The notes beneath the pieces are model-generated. The model saw nothing but the letters and a program-made list of their open reading frames with translations. It made no database searches and was not told the origin of the DNA. Position numbers and translations under genes: made by a program. This document shows positions 26,872 through 43,115 of a DNA stretch of 64,000 nt, one piece after another; position 1 is the stretch's first letter; each line of letters begins with the position of its first letter. The DNA is from the human T2T-CHM13v2.0 reference genome, Homo sapiens, in NCBI RefSeq assembly GCF_009914755.1, contig NC_060925.1. One strand, written 5' to 3'.

Positions 26872-28575
26872 TTTTTTTAATTTAAAAAAATTGCTAATAT
26901 CTATTAAGATTAATATAACAACAACAACAAAATTTAAGTTACTTCATCAGGGCGCTTTTGGTTGTAAAGAGTGATCTTTGAGGGAAGTATAAAAACATAA
27001 ACTTATCAAAGAAGGAATTTGCAAAAAGGTACCCAGAACTAAAGGGAAAGGATGTATTTAGGTCTCAAGGACTCATGGAGGCAGAGACTGTCATCCTTGC
27101 TCCTTTCTGGACATCTTCATTTCTCTCTAGGAAACAACCTTTGCTATTTTCCATCCACAAAGTGGGTCATGAAGGCTCACAGCTCCTGGGTTAAAATCTC
27201 TGCCACTGAAGACGGCAAGACATTTGAGGCTGAAATCTTTTAGTCCTAAGTCTTAATTCCTGATGAAGGGTCTCAGCTGCAGGGAGGTGCCCATTCCTGT
27301 ATCAGCCAACTGTGGCAAGAAAAGATGGATCACTGTGCATAAAAATGGTCATGCTGGCGAGAGGTATCGATGGAGGCATTTTCCAGAAAGAATGAGTGCT
27401 TTGCAGACATAACAATGGGTGTAAACTACAGCTTCCTTCCAGTTTGTAAAGCTTTTATGTTTCATCATAAAAAAAAATGCAGAAAAGAGAGGAAAAGTGG
27501 AATTCAAAAGCAAAATGTCAAATTTTGAATGAAACGAATATGTTATTCTGCCTTGCTATGAATATAAATGTGTTTTGTTCTATGAACTTATTATAGTCCC
27601 GTAAAGCAGAGTAGGAATACATTGTTTTTGTGTATGTGAATGAAACCACACTTTATGTGCACTAAAACAGCTACTCAAAGAAACTTCGTGATGTGTATAT
27701 GATTTTGTGTTTTTATGAGTGGGCATATTTTTAAGTAAATAATTCACTTTCTAAAATGAATAACATGTAATTGAGTATTGTTACTTCTGGATTTTTATAC
27801 ATCAGGTATATCTAGAGAAAATTATTCAGTTTTCATAGAATTAAAAAGATTAACTTCTGCTCACAGTTTGAAACTGGATCAAACTTATGATATAAAGCCC
27901 TTCTTCCAATATTCCATAGCTAATAACACCTATGAAATCTCAAAGGTCAATGGAAACAAAATAATCAAAACAGATATGTTTCCTTTCAGTAAACCTCAGA
28001 TACATTTGAAGCATTTGCCTACGAGACTTTAAAAATGTTGTTCAGCAGTCATTTAAATGCATTTGCAGATGTCATGGCAAAAAGCAAATTATCTGGTTGA
28101 TTACATTTTCTTTCTAGGTTGTTGCTCTTTAGAGTTCTCTGCCCCTTGCCCTAAGAGCAGAGTCACAGAAAATGTTGGGTTTTGTTGATATAACTTGAAT
28201 CTTCAAATCAACAGGATAGAAGCCCGATATTCACTGTAATTACTACTACTGTGTTCTGAGGATAGGAAAAGTAAAAATATATTTCCCTACCCTCTGGCAA
28301 GGTACAATGAAAACAAATTAGAGTTCTGTGGTAGAGCTCCTTGGCTGTTCCTTGAGCAGACATTTTCTCAAGATCATGGGGATTTAACTAGATTTTTAAT
28401 CTTTGTTGTGTAAGTTCCAGAAATCATAAAAATATCTCTTCAGACGCAAAGCAGGCATTTTGTCTCTCTTCAAAGCCCAAGAAGCTTTAAACCTAGGCAG
28501 CAAAAACAGCAAGGCAGCAAAGATGACAATAATGAGGAGATAAAAGGTAATGGAGACCACCCTCAGGATTATTTC

Positions 28576-28589
28576 CTGCCCTCTACTGG
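28576..28589 (-). promoter_or_regulatory. Candidate CTCF core motif
   Basis: CCAGTAGAGGGCAG fits CCASYAGRKGGCRS at every position; binding not demonstrated. Confidence 0.45.
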
Positions 28590-29400
28590 AGCTCAGGAGG
28601 ATTCCTTATCAACCAGAGAAGCTTTTCCCAAGTCGCATTCAGAGAAACATCACGTCTGCCTCTTGTGTGGGATGGTGACAGTAAGTGTGGGAAATGCGGA
28701 GTTAAGAGAAGGAAGGAAAATAGGGTTCCTTGATGTGCAGCCTTTATTTTGATAAAGCAAGTTGTAGAAAAATCAAGAGAAGACTAAGTCCGCAGTGTTT
28801 CCTTAGGATGGGGATATTGGATCCCTTTTTAAAGACCATTTTATATTTTTATGTTTTAGTTCTATGGTTCTTTAGACTCAAAGAAAATAAAATAAGTAAT
28901 AAGTGTGTAAAATGTTCAGATATAACTATGAATTTTGGGTCAGCTACCATATTGGAACACATTAGAATAAATTATTTATTAATCGATTAATCAATTCCAT
29001 ATGCTAGCTGGTAGGCATAAAGAAAATCCTAGTGGATCATTCTTGCCCTCAACACATATATTTTTTTCCAGCTACACACAGGCCATGTCTAACTGTCTAA
29101 CTGCCTCTATGAAGGACATAGGAGATAAAGAAAATGTTTATTGATCGATAAATTAAAAACTTGCTCTTGACTGGATAGGCACAGACCTCATCAATCTAGT
29201 CCAGACACAGTTGCTGTATCTGTTGACAGGTAGAGATAATACTTTTTATTCTTTATTAGCAGAGAGTACCAGCATTGGTCAAGAGGTGGATGAGGCAGAA
29301 GGTACAAGTAGATCAAAGAGGATTCCAATTCCGGAAATTTCCCAGTTCATTAAAGATTGACAAAATGAATGCACTTATGCATAGTCAAAACTACAGCTCA

Positions 29401-29774
<374 letters not shown>

Positions 29775-29959
29775 CTATATAGTGCTATGTATAGACCAAG
29801 GCCCAGATTGAAAAGAGTGAATCTTTTTAAAAATAACCCTGAATATTTCCTGCTGTGACAAAATATTGAAAATACCAATTAATGATGCCATTTTTGGGGT
29901 TCTATTTAAAATGTTTTCTATTATTGAAGATGTAATTTCAATACCATGAGGTATTGAAT

Positions 29960-30200
29960 GATCACGAGGTCAGGAGTTCAAGACCAACCTGGCCAAGGTG
30001 CTGAAACCTTGTCTCTACTAAAAATACAAAAAAAAAAAAAAAAATTAGCCGGGCATGGTGGCGTGCACCTGTAGGCCCAGCTACTCAGGAGCCTGAGGCA
30101 GGAGAATCACTTGAACCCAGGAGGCAGAGGTTGTAGCGAGTCGAGATTGCATGACTGCATTCCAGCCTGGGTGAAAGAGTGAAACTCCATCTCAAAAATT
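29960..30200 (+). mobile_element. 5'-truncated AluS
   Basis: Begins at gatcacgaggtcaggag; complete right arm. Confidence 0.93.
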
Positions 30201-30212
30201 AAAATGAAATTT

Positions 30213-30488
30213 AAAAAGAAAGAAAGAGGGAGAGCGAGAGGAGGAAGGAAAGAAACAGAAGGAAGGAAGGAAGGAAGGAGGGAGGGAGGGAGGGAGGGAG
30301 GGAAGGAAGGAAGGAAGGAAGGAGGAAAGGAAAGGAAAGGAGGAAGGAAGGGAGGGAAAGAAAGAAGGAAAGAAAGAAAGAGGAAAGAAGGAGAGAAAAG
30401 AAAGGAAGGAAGGAAAGAAGGAGAAAGAAAGAGAGGAAAGAAAGAAAGAAAGAAAAAGAAAGAAAGAGAGAGAGAGAGAAAGAAAGAG
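30213..30488. repeat. Polypurine tract (GAAG/GGAG/GAAA)n, about 275 bp
   Basis: Only two pyrimidines seen in the tract. Confidence 0.97.
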
Positions 30489-31967
30489 CCAAACTATTTT
30501 CCAGAGGGCCTGAGCCATTTTACATTCCTACCAGCGATGTAGGAGTGATTCAGTTTCTTCCCATCCTTGCTAACATTAGTGTTCCTATTTTTTAGTTCAA
30601 CCTTTCTGATAGTATGTGTTGATTTTCATTTGTGTCTGCCTGGTGGCTAATGGTATTGAACATGTTTTCATATGCTTTTTTGGTGTAGGTACATCCTTTT
30701 CTGTGAAACGTCTCTTCATGTCTTTTGACCATTTTCTAATTAATTTTTTTTGCTATTGTTTTTTCAGTTCTTTTTATATTCTACATACTAGTCCTCTCTT
30801 GGATATGTGGTTTACAGATAATTTCTTTTACTCTGTACCTTGTTGTTCCACCCTCTTCACAAGGTCTTTTTCAGAAAAAAAAAAAGTTTTTAATTTGGAT
30901 GAGGTCCAATTTATCAACTTTTTATAGATTATAGTATTAAATATAAGAACTCTTTGCCTAGACCAAGATATCCAATAATTTCTCCTACTATTTTCCTAAA
31001 TTTTTTTTGTTTTAATTTTCCATTTTGTATTAGTGTTTGTATAAGTTGTGAGACTTAGGTGGAACTTCCTTTTTGCCCGTGAATGTCCAATAGCTCTAGC
31101 ACCATTTCTTGACAAAGCTATCTTTCCTCAGTTGAATTGCTTTTCCATGTTTGTCAAAAATCCATTGTGTCTATTTGTGTGGATCTATTTCTGGATTCTC
31201 TATTCTGTTTTATTGATCTACATGTCTATCCTTCTACCAACACCACACAGTTCTGTTTACCACAGTTATATAATGTCTTGAATATATAATATAAACATAA
31301 AATAAATTCCTCCCACATTATTTTTCTTTCAAAATTGTTTTACCTGTTCTACTTCATTTGCTTTACCTATAAATCTTAGAATTATCTCTATATCTACAAA
31401 AAAATCTTGCTGGGGTTTTGAAAGGAATTTCATTAAACTTGTGTATCAATTTGGGGAGAACTGGCTTTTATACAAGGTTATTCTTCATGGATTTGAAGTA
31501 TGTCTCTCCATTTATTTACATCTTCTTTTATTTCTTTCACCAGCATTTTGCAGTTTTCAGCATACAAGTCCTGAACAAACTTTATTTGATTAACACCTAT
31601 TTAATTTTTGGGCAATTTTAAACAGTATTGTGTTTTTGATTTCAGCATCCACATGTTCACTGTTAGTATATAAAAATGTAATTTACTTTTGTATATTTAT
31701 TGCATATCCTGTAATCTTTCTGGACTCGATTCTTAGTTCTAGAAGGTTTTTTTGCAGATATTTTGGGATTTAACAGGTAAATATAATACCATCTGCAAAG
31801 AGGGGAAGCTTTAATTTCTTCCTTTCTGATCTGTGTATCTCTTATTTCCTTTTCTTGCTTTATTGCCCTGACTAGAAATTTCAACATTATGTTAAATAAA
31901 TCCTCACCTTGTTCTCAATTTTAGAGGAAAACATTCACTCTTTTACAACTACATATAAAGTAAACTT

Positions 31968-32163
31968 ATTATTATTACTATTATTATTTGAGACTGTGTC
32001 TCCCTCTATTGTCCATGCTTGGCTAATTTTTTAAATTTTTGTAGAAATAGTGTCTCACTATGTTGTCCAGCCGATGATCTCAAACTCCTGGTCTCCAAGT
32101 GATCCTTGCACCTCAGCCTCCCAAAGTGCTGAGATTAAAGGCATGAACCACAGCACCTGGCCT
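31968..32163 (-). mobile_element. Partial AluJ nested in L1M
   Basis: Left arm plus remnant of right-arm end. Confidence 0.8.
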
Positions 32164-34133
32164 AAAGTTTTTGTAGATGTTCTTTATCAAGTTGAGGAAT
32201 TTCTCTTCCATTCCTGTTTTTCGAAAGTTTTTATTATGAATAAGTTTTGAATTTTGTCTACTAGCTTTTCTATATTGGCTAATATGATCATGTGATTTTT
32301 CTATTTTATCCAGTTAATTTGCTGGATTACAGGGTTAATTTTTGAATATTTAACCAGCCTGCATCTCTGAAATAAACCCACTTGGTTATGGTGTATAATT
32401 ATTTTTATATATTGCTAAATTCTATTTGTTATATTTTGCTAAGGAGTTTTACATCTTAATGAAGGATACTGGTTTGTTGTGTTCTTTTCTCTACGTTATT
32501 TTTCTAGTTTTGACATCAGGGTAATAATAGCTTCATAAAATGAATTGAGAGATATTCTCTCCTCTTCTGTTTTCTGGAAGAGACTGTGTATAATTGAATT
32601 TTTTTAAAGTCTGGTAGACTTTTCCAGTGAAACCATGAACCTGGAGATTTTGTTTTTAGAGATTTCTAAATTATGAATTTAATTTTCTTAATAGTCATTG
32701 ATTGCGCTATTCAAATTATCCATTTCATACAGGGTGAGTTGTAATAGTCTGTGGTTTTTGAGACACTGATCAGTTTTGTATAAGATGTCAAATTATGTGT
32801 TTAAGTTTATGGTATTCTTTTATCCTTTAGATGTCTGCAGGTTTTGTAGTCATTTCCCCTGCTTCATTCCCGAAAATGGCAATTTGTGTCTTTTCTTTTT
32901 TTTTTTTTTGTCTTGTTACAGAACTGTCAATTTATCAATTTTTATAAAGAACCAGCTCTTTGTTTCATTGGTTTTTAAATTATTTGAATGTTTTCAATTC
33001 CATTGATTTATGCTCTTTATTATTTTCTTACGCTTGCTTGCTTTGGGTTTATTTTGCTCTTCTTCTATGTTCTAGAGTTTGGAGTTTAGATGATTGATTT
33101 GGAAATTTTCATCTTTTCTAATGTATACATTTATGTTATAAATATTTCTCTCAGCCCTGCTTTAGCAGTGTTCCACAAATTGACATGTTACATTTTATTT
33201 TTATTGTTTTTTTTTTATTTTCCAGAAGATCCTTCAATGATATTATTTAAAGTGTGTTGTTTAATTTCCAAATGTTTGGAGATTTTCCTTTTAGTTTTTT
33301 CTCATTGATTTCTAATTTGATTCCATTATGATCAGAGAACATACTTGGTATAATGTCTGTTTTTTAAAACTTATTATGATGTGTTTAATGGCCCAAAATA
33401 TGGTCTTAGGGAATGTTTCATGGGAACTTGAGACCATGAAAAGCAAAACACCATGCTTTTTGCTGTTAGTTGGAATATCCTGTAATCAGGTCAAGCTGAT
33501 TGATCATGTTGTTCAGGTCATCTACATCCTTACTGATTTTTCTGCCTGCTTGATCTATGGATCTATCAGTTACTGATAAAGGAGTGTTAAAGTCTCAGCT
33601 CTAATAATGGAATAGTCTAGTTCTTCTTTCAGTTCTATCCATTTGCCTCATGTATTCTGAATCTCTCTTGTTAGATACATACACATTTAAGTTTGCTACG
33701 TCTTCTTGGAAAAATGAGCTCCTCATTATTATCTAATGACCCCCTTTATTGCTTCCACTTTTCCTTGTGGTGACGTCTGCTTCATATGAAATTAATATAC
33801 CTATTCCAGGTTTCCTTTAATCAATTTTGCACAACACATCTTTTTTCTATTCTTTTACTTACAACCTGACTATGTTGTTATATTTGAAGCAAGTTTCTTG
33901 GGGATAGCATGTAGTTGAGCCATGATTTTATCCACTCTGCTGGCCTCTGTCTTTTAAATAGTATATTTAAGTAATTACTTGTATTAAATGTAATTACCGA
34001 TATGTGATGGTATATTTAATGTAATTACTGATAGGGCTTAAGTATGCCATTTTATTTTTTGTGGGTTTTTTTTCTTGTTCCTGCCTTCCAGTGGATTGCA
34101 TTAATATTTTTTAAAATCCATTTCAATTTTCTA

Positions 34134-34466
34134 AGTTTGTTTGTTTGTTTGCTTGTTTTTACAGTCTTGCTTTGTCACCCAGTCTGGAATGCAGTGGCAT
34201 GAAAATGGTTCACTGCAGCCTCAGCCTCCTGGGCTTAAGTGATCCTCCCAGCTCAGCCTCCTGAAGAGGGAACACAGATACATGCTACTATGCCCGACTA
34301 TGTTTTTATTATTATTATCATTATTATTATTATTGCTGTTATTATTTAGAGACAGGGTCTTGTTATGTTGCCCAGGCTGGTCTCAAACTCCTGGGCTCAA
34401 GTAATTTTCCTATTTCAGCCTCCCAAACTGCTAAGTATGATTACAGGTGTCAGCCACCGCACCTAG
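34134..34466 (-). mobile_element. AluJ nested in L1M
   Basis: Diverged reverse Alu with (ATT)n middle region. Confidence 0.88.
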
Positions 34467-34730
34467 CTCTAAATATTTTTGAATGCATTATTGTGCAGCT
34501 CTTTTTAGTTGATGATAAAATTATATTCACACAACTTATTATAGCCTTCCGGTGTAATCACTTTACCAATTTGAGTAAAGTGAAGTATGGAACCCTATGT
34601 CTCTTCATGTTCCTTTACTCTCCCCAATTTTTAATGTTTTTTAGCTAATTCCTCTATGTACATTTAGAATCATATCAGACGTTGTTACATTTTTTTCTTC
34701 AACAATCAAAACAATCAAAAAAATTCAGAA

Positions 34731-35025
34731 GGATGGGTGCAGTGGCTCACACCTGTAATCTCAGCACTTTGGGGGACCGAGGTGGGCAGATCATTTGAGG
34801 TCAGGAGTTCGAGACCAGCCTGACCAACATGGGGAAACCCCATCTCTACTAAAAATACAAAAATTAGTCGAGAAGGGGGCACATGCCTGTAATCCCAGCT
34901 ACTCAGGAGGCTGAGGCAGGAGAATCACGTGAATCCAGGAGACAGAGGTTGCAGTGAGCGGAGATCGTGCCACTGCACTCCAGCCTGGGCAACAGAGCAA
35001 GACTTTGTCTCAGGAAAAAACAAAA
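34731..35025 (+). mobile_element. AluS nested in L1M
   Basis: Dimeric Alu. Confidence 0.95.
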
Positions 35026-35591
35026 TTTGCAGAAAATCGGAGAAGATAAGTCTATTGTATTTCTTACATGTTTGCTTACCACGTTTTGTTCTTATCTGAT
35101 ATTCCAAGGTTCCTTTTCTTATCGTTTCCCTTTTATTTAGAAAATTCCTTTTAATCATTCTGTTAGAGTTCGTCAGCTGGTGACAAATTCTCTCAGTTTT
35201 CCTTCATCTGAGAATGTTTTCATTTCCCCGTTATGCCTCAGGAAAAATGTTTGCTGGGCAGAGGATTACGGATTGACAGTTCTTTCTTTTCAGCAGGAAA
35301 GGAAAAATTTTGTGGCACTTTCTTCTGGCATCCACGGTTTTTCTCATGAGAACGCTGCTGTGGTTTGAATCATTTTTCTCTTCTAGTTAATGTGTCATTT
35401 TTCCCTGACTGCTTTCAAGATGTTTGTTTTGTGGTTGTCTGCAGTTTTCAAATGTTTATTAAGTGGCTTGGTATGCATTTCGTTGGGCTTATTTATCCTA
35501 TTTGGGCTTCTCTCAGCTTCTTCAACTGAAGGTTTATATCTTTGCTATGCTTGTGATGTTTTTAAGCCATTATTTCTTCAAGTACTTTTTT

Positions 35592-36055
35592 TTTTTAAGT
35601 TCAGCTTTTTATTGAACACATTATAAAAGAGGTTTTGTCAAAAAGACCAAAGCCCATGTCACCATCAGACTTCTCGGATTCTTCTTTCTTTGCTTCCACT
35701 TTCTTCTCCTCAGCTGGAGCAGCAGCAGCAGAGGCGGGCAGAAGCTCCTGCTGGTACAGATAGAGCCAGCTGCTGGACCAGGTCCACCAGCCCCTACATT
35801 GCAGAGGAGGCTCCCCATGTTGACTTTGGCCAGGCCTTTGCAAACAAGCCAGGCCAAAAGGGTTCAACATTTACACCGGCTGCTTTAATGAGGGCATTGA
35901 TCTTATTCTCCGTGACGGTCACCTCATCATCGTGCGGAATGAGGGCCAGGTAGATGCAGGCGAGCTGGGAGACGAAGGCCATGGCACGGGTGAGTGTGGG
36001 GCTGGCGCTGCCGGACGCGGATGGACCGAGCACCTTGGTGGCAGCTGAGGAAAGG
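35592..36055 (-). pseudogene. Processed pseudogene of 60S acidic ribosomal protein P1 (RPLP1)
   Basis: Intronless. Starts at the 5'TOP CCTTTCCTC, ATG at 35982. Protein is split over three frames ([50 protein letters not shown] / [23 protein letters not shown] / AAAPAEEKKVEAKKEESEKSDGDMGFGLFD) and the stop is lost. AATAAA at 35613-35608, poly(A), 18-bp TSD TTCTTCAAG(T/C)ACTTTTTT at 35574-35591 and 36056-36073. Confidence 0.97.
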
Positions 36056-36461
36056 TTCTTCAAGCACTTTTTTAGTCCCCTTATCTTTTTCCTATCCTTT
36101 CATAACTCCAATGGCACCAATGTTAGATCTTTTGTTATAAACCCACAAAAGATCTCCATCCCAGAGGCCGTGCTCCTTTTTGTCAGTCTGTTTTCTCTCC
36201 GCTGTTCAGATTAGGTAATTTCTGTTGTTCTGTCTTCTATTTCACTGACTTAGTGGTTTCTTCCATCTTATCGATTTTGCCATTGAGCCCATCCACTGAG
36301 TTTTCCTTTTTGATGTTGTCCTTTTCAGTCCTAAAGTTTCCATTTTTTTATAACTTCTATTTCTTTGCTGAGAATTTCAGTTTATTTACTGAGGCCTTCT
36401 AGTTTGTAATATGCTTAAAGCATATTATTATTATTATTATTAAATAATTTTTATCATAGAT

Positions 36462-36662
36462 CAGGGGTGTCCAATCTTTTTTGGCTTCCCTGGCCACACT
36501 GGAAGAAGAATTACACATAAAATACACTAACACTAATGATAGCTGATGAGATTTTTAAGAATCACAAAAAAAACAACCAACCTCATAATGTCTTAAGAAA
36601 GTTTACGAATTGCTTTTGGGCCATATTCAAAGATGTCCTGGGCCACAAGTTGGACAAGTTTG
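36462..36662. mobile_element. MER30 (hAT-Charlie non-autonomous DNA transposon)
   Basis: caggggtgtccaat...ttggacaagtttg termini; 8-bp TSD tcat(a/g)gat at 36454-36461 and 36663-36670. Confidence 0.9.
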
Positions 36663-36753
36663 TCATGGATACTTCAAAATCTTTGTAAGCTAATCTATTA
36701 ACTCTGTCATCTCAATCTTGACCACTATTGATATATATATTTTTTCCATTTAG

Positions 36754-37092
<339 letters not shown>

Positions 37093-37765
37093 GATGAATG
37101 TTTTTTAAAATTGAAAGCTGGACATCTTTGTATTTTGTTATGCGATTCTGGGTTGTCGTTGGCTTTTGATGACACCACTCCTCCGGAAGAGGGAAATGCT
37201 GTTTCATGACCACCTGCTGAGGGTAGAAATTTGACACTGCAGTGAGGGTGGCCTGGTCACCACTGTTTGATGGCAGAAGTCTCGATGCTCCCTTAGGCTT
37301 CTTCTGACACCACTCCAGGGTGGAGAAGTGGGGTGTTATTACTACCAGGTTGGTGTGGGATATCCAGTCTCCTCTCGTGATCTTCACTGAAATGTGGATG
37401 GGGGAAAGGAGGTCTCATTCCTGACAAGAAGCAGACCAGTGGTGACTAGGGATGGGGCGGGGTGAGGGAAAATGAAGAAAAATGGGTTTCAAAAAGGCAC
37501 AAGGAAACTTTTGGGGAGAATAAAAATTTCTACTATTTTGATTATGGCTGTGGTTTTAGGGATATATTCATGTGTCCAAATGCATCAAAATTTTATACTT
37601 TACAGCTATCCAGGTTGTGTATTAATTATCCCTTAATAGGTATAAAACTCAAAACATCTGAAAACAAAGAAGGAAATATTTTAAGTCTCCTTACTCATGT
37701 CTTCAATGTGAATTAGGTTGTAAGATGGTAAGACTTTCTTTTTTTCAGCACTGAATGGTCCAGAA

Positions 37766-38261
<496 letters not shown>

Positions 38262-38749
38262 GGTTCAGGTATTACAATATTATGGGAATAATTATCTGGA
38301 TATGTGTGTGTGTTCATGTGTGTGTGTGTTTTCATAGGCTAATTTTTACTTTTTCAAAATGAAATTATGAATGTGAAAGTGAATAGTACAGGACCTAACA
38401 CAATATAGCCATACAACAACAATAAAAATGTTAGCATCTCTTCCATCCAGTTTGGAAAATCTTTTATTTGAAATAAGAGTAAGAAGTCAATTGAGAGAAT
38501 TCCAAAAGGTGCCCCAAAGCAAAAACAAAAGATTGAGGTTTAAATGAACTGTACGGTATAAAAAAGGCAACAATTTTAAAAGTAAGATAGTAAGGATAAA
38601 TAGTAAAATAGTAAGGCTTTCTAATTAAGATACAAAACCTAGCAGCCATAAAACAAATGGCTGATAAATATGAATTCACATAAATTTAAAAATTTCTATA
38701 CAGAAAAGAAGAAAAGGCACTATAAACAAAATAAAAATAAATAAATAAA

Positions 38750-39651
<902 letters not shown>

Positions 39652-40361
39652 TGGTACCACACTGTGAAGACATTTTTGCAATCAACTGAAAATGGAAAGT
39701 GTATTCTTCCATGTTGTCTCCCCAGCACTCATCATTTTGCTGTCACATTTTATATTTACTGATATTAGATTTTATGTATCTTTGTTTTAATTGCCCACTT
39801 AGACACAGTTCATGAGAGCAGTGATTTTATTTGTCTTGCTTATGCCTGTATCTTCAGTGTCCAAAGTAGTGCTTGGCATATGATAAGTGGTTGGTGAATG
39901 AATGGAAAAACTTTGAGAAATTGACAAAGAGACCAGAAAACCAATAGCAAAGCAGGCAGAAATGTAAACAGGATGTTCACGTAAAAGTCAAATACAAATG
40001 ATTCATATTAAATGATGAATAATCTCATTCATACTTCAATAAATTCTAATTAAAACATATGAATACAAGTTTTCACTCAATACATTCGTAACATGAAAAC
40101 AAAAAATTTATAATACACCACTTTGAAGAAGAGATAGGCAGCAAGAGTTTTCATACACTTGTTAGTTTCTTTGTAGGATACTTTTACAATACTTATAAAT
40201 TTATAGTTATTACTTTTATAACTCAGCACATGCACTATTTTAAAAATTTACACTATTGGTATACTCGCAAATAAATGTGCACAAAGATATATACTCACAC
40301 ACATACACAAAGATACTTATTTTATCATTGCTTATAATGACAACAAAAAAAGTGCTGTGCC

Positions 40362-41196
<835 letters not shown>

Positions 41197-41633
41197 ACTC
41201 ACCTGATTATTAAACCAGATTCATTTAGGACTCTGCTGGGCACTGCGAGGGAATAACATAACAGAAGCATCATTTCTACCCAGAAGGACTTCACCGCCTA
41301 CTAAGGCAAGCTGTGTATAGAGGAGAAAGTTAAATCATTCTGACTACTGCCTTTAATCCAAGACTAAGGCCTGAAATCCTGAAGAATTTACAAAATGCTT
41401 AGACCTCCATTATAAACTTGCAGTTGCCATCCCCAGCCTTTCTTACTGCTGCTTGGTAATTCATTTTCCACCAATTTGTTCTCTCCTTTTGTTCATTCCA
41501 CAATAATGAGTATACATCGTGTAATAATGGGGATACTGGCACTGTGGAGAGACATGGTAAAAAGAATGGAGGGGTCACTCTTAAGAAACCTATTTGAACA
41601 GTATCTGAAGTGAGGAAACAGATAAATAGATCA

Positions 41634-42175
41634 TATAGGCATGAAGGAAAAGCCTCTCCTTTGCCCTCTGAAGGTTCATTGAAAATCATTGACAAGAGGC
41701 AGATTAATAGGAGAAAAAGCACACGAACTTAATGTGTATATGGAAGCCTTCTGGATGAAGACCCAAAGATATAGAGGAAATTGTCCATTTTTATGCTTCG
41801 AGTCAACAAAGTCTGGAATATGACTGGACAGAAAGGGAATGATCTAATGCTACTAGACTGAGTGGGGAAGCCCAGCAACGCCTGTCCCTCTAGATTCTTC
41901 TGGCCTCTCTGAGCAGCATTCCTTCCTTCTGGGTATGGGGCAGAGCTCTCTCTGGACTGGGGGTCTTAGGACCTACAGTCCAACAAGGCAGGTCAGATAA
42001 CTTCTTTATGACTACTTTTACGGCTGGCTTTGAGGAGAAGGGGTTCTGATTTCCATGACCCGCCTCGGGCCAGAGGGATTCTAGTCTCTGGGGAGAATGG
42101 AACAGGTCAGGAGAAGGTCAGAGAAAAAGTTTGCTTCTGAGGCTGCTTCAGGGTATTGCATTCTTAGTCCCAACA
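41634..42175 (-). mobile_element. ERV1-class solo LTR (LTR29-like, tentative)
   Basis: Minus strand starts TGTTGGGACT...GAAGCAGCCTCAGAAGCAAA. Confidence 0.75.
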
Positions 42176-42711
42176 ATTCCAACGTGGTAAGTGCTAGGAC
42201 AGACTTAAGAACAGCCGCCTACAGGCTCACATACATGAGGTGCCCAACACAGACTGAGAGAGAAGGAAAGGGAGGAAACACTCAGGAACTTGAGTTTATG
42301 GTCAGCTTCCTCCCCCATTCTTTATGGTGACTGTTCCAATCTTTCACCATGGTTCAATTTCTCAATCACTTCTATGAAGTTGCTCAAAACAAAAGCAATA
42401 TACAGAAGTTTAACTAAAAGGTATAGCCCTATTTGACAGAGGGATAATTTATACATACAGTTTTGCACAGATTATATGCACAGAATTTTAGTCCAAAACT
42501 TGCAAAGTTCTGACAAATGTATGCACCACGTCGATTAAGGTATAAAACATTTCCATTGTGGTAAAAATTTAAATGCCCTCCTGATCTTTCACACCAAGAT
42601 CACCCCATGCCCTGACAAAAAAAAACTAGGATTCTCATTTCTGTCACCACGTTTTAGTTTTGCTTTTATGAAATGAAATCTCACACTATGCACTTGCTAG
42701 CGTCTGGCTTC

Positions 42712-43115
<404 letters not shown>

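Noticed and set aside
30192-30542. Lys/Glu/Arg-rich and Phe/Ser/Leu-rich ORFs
   Set aside because: Translations of the polypurine tract
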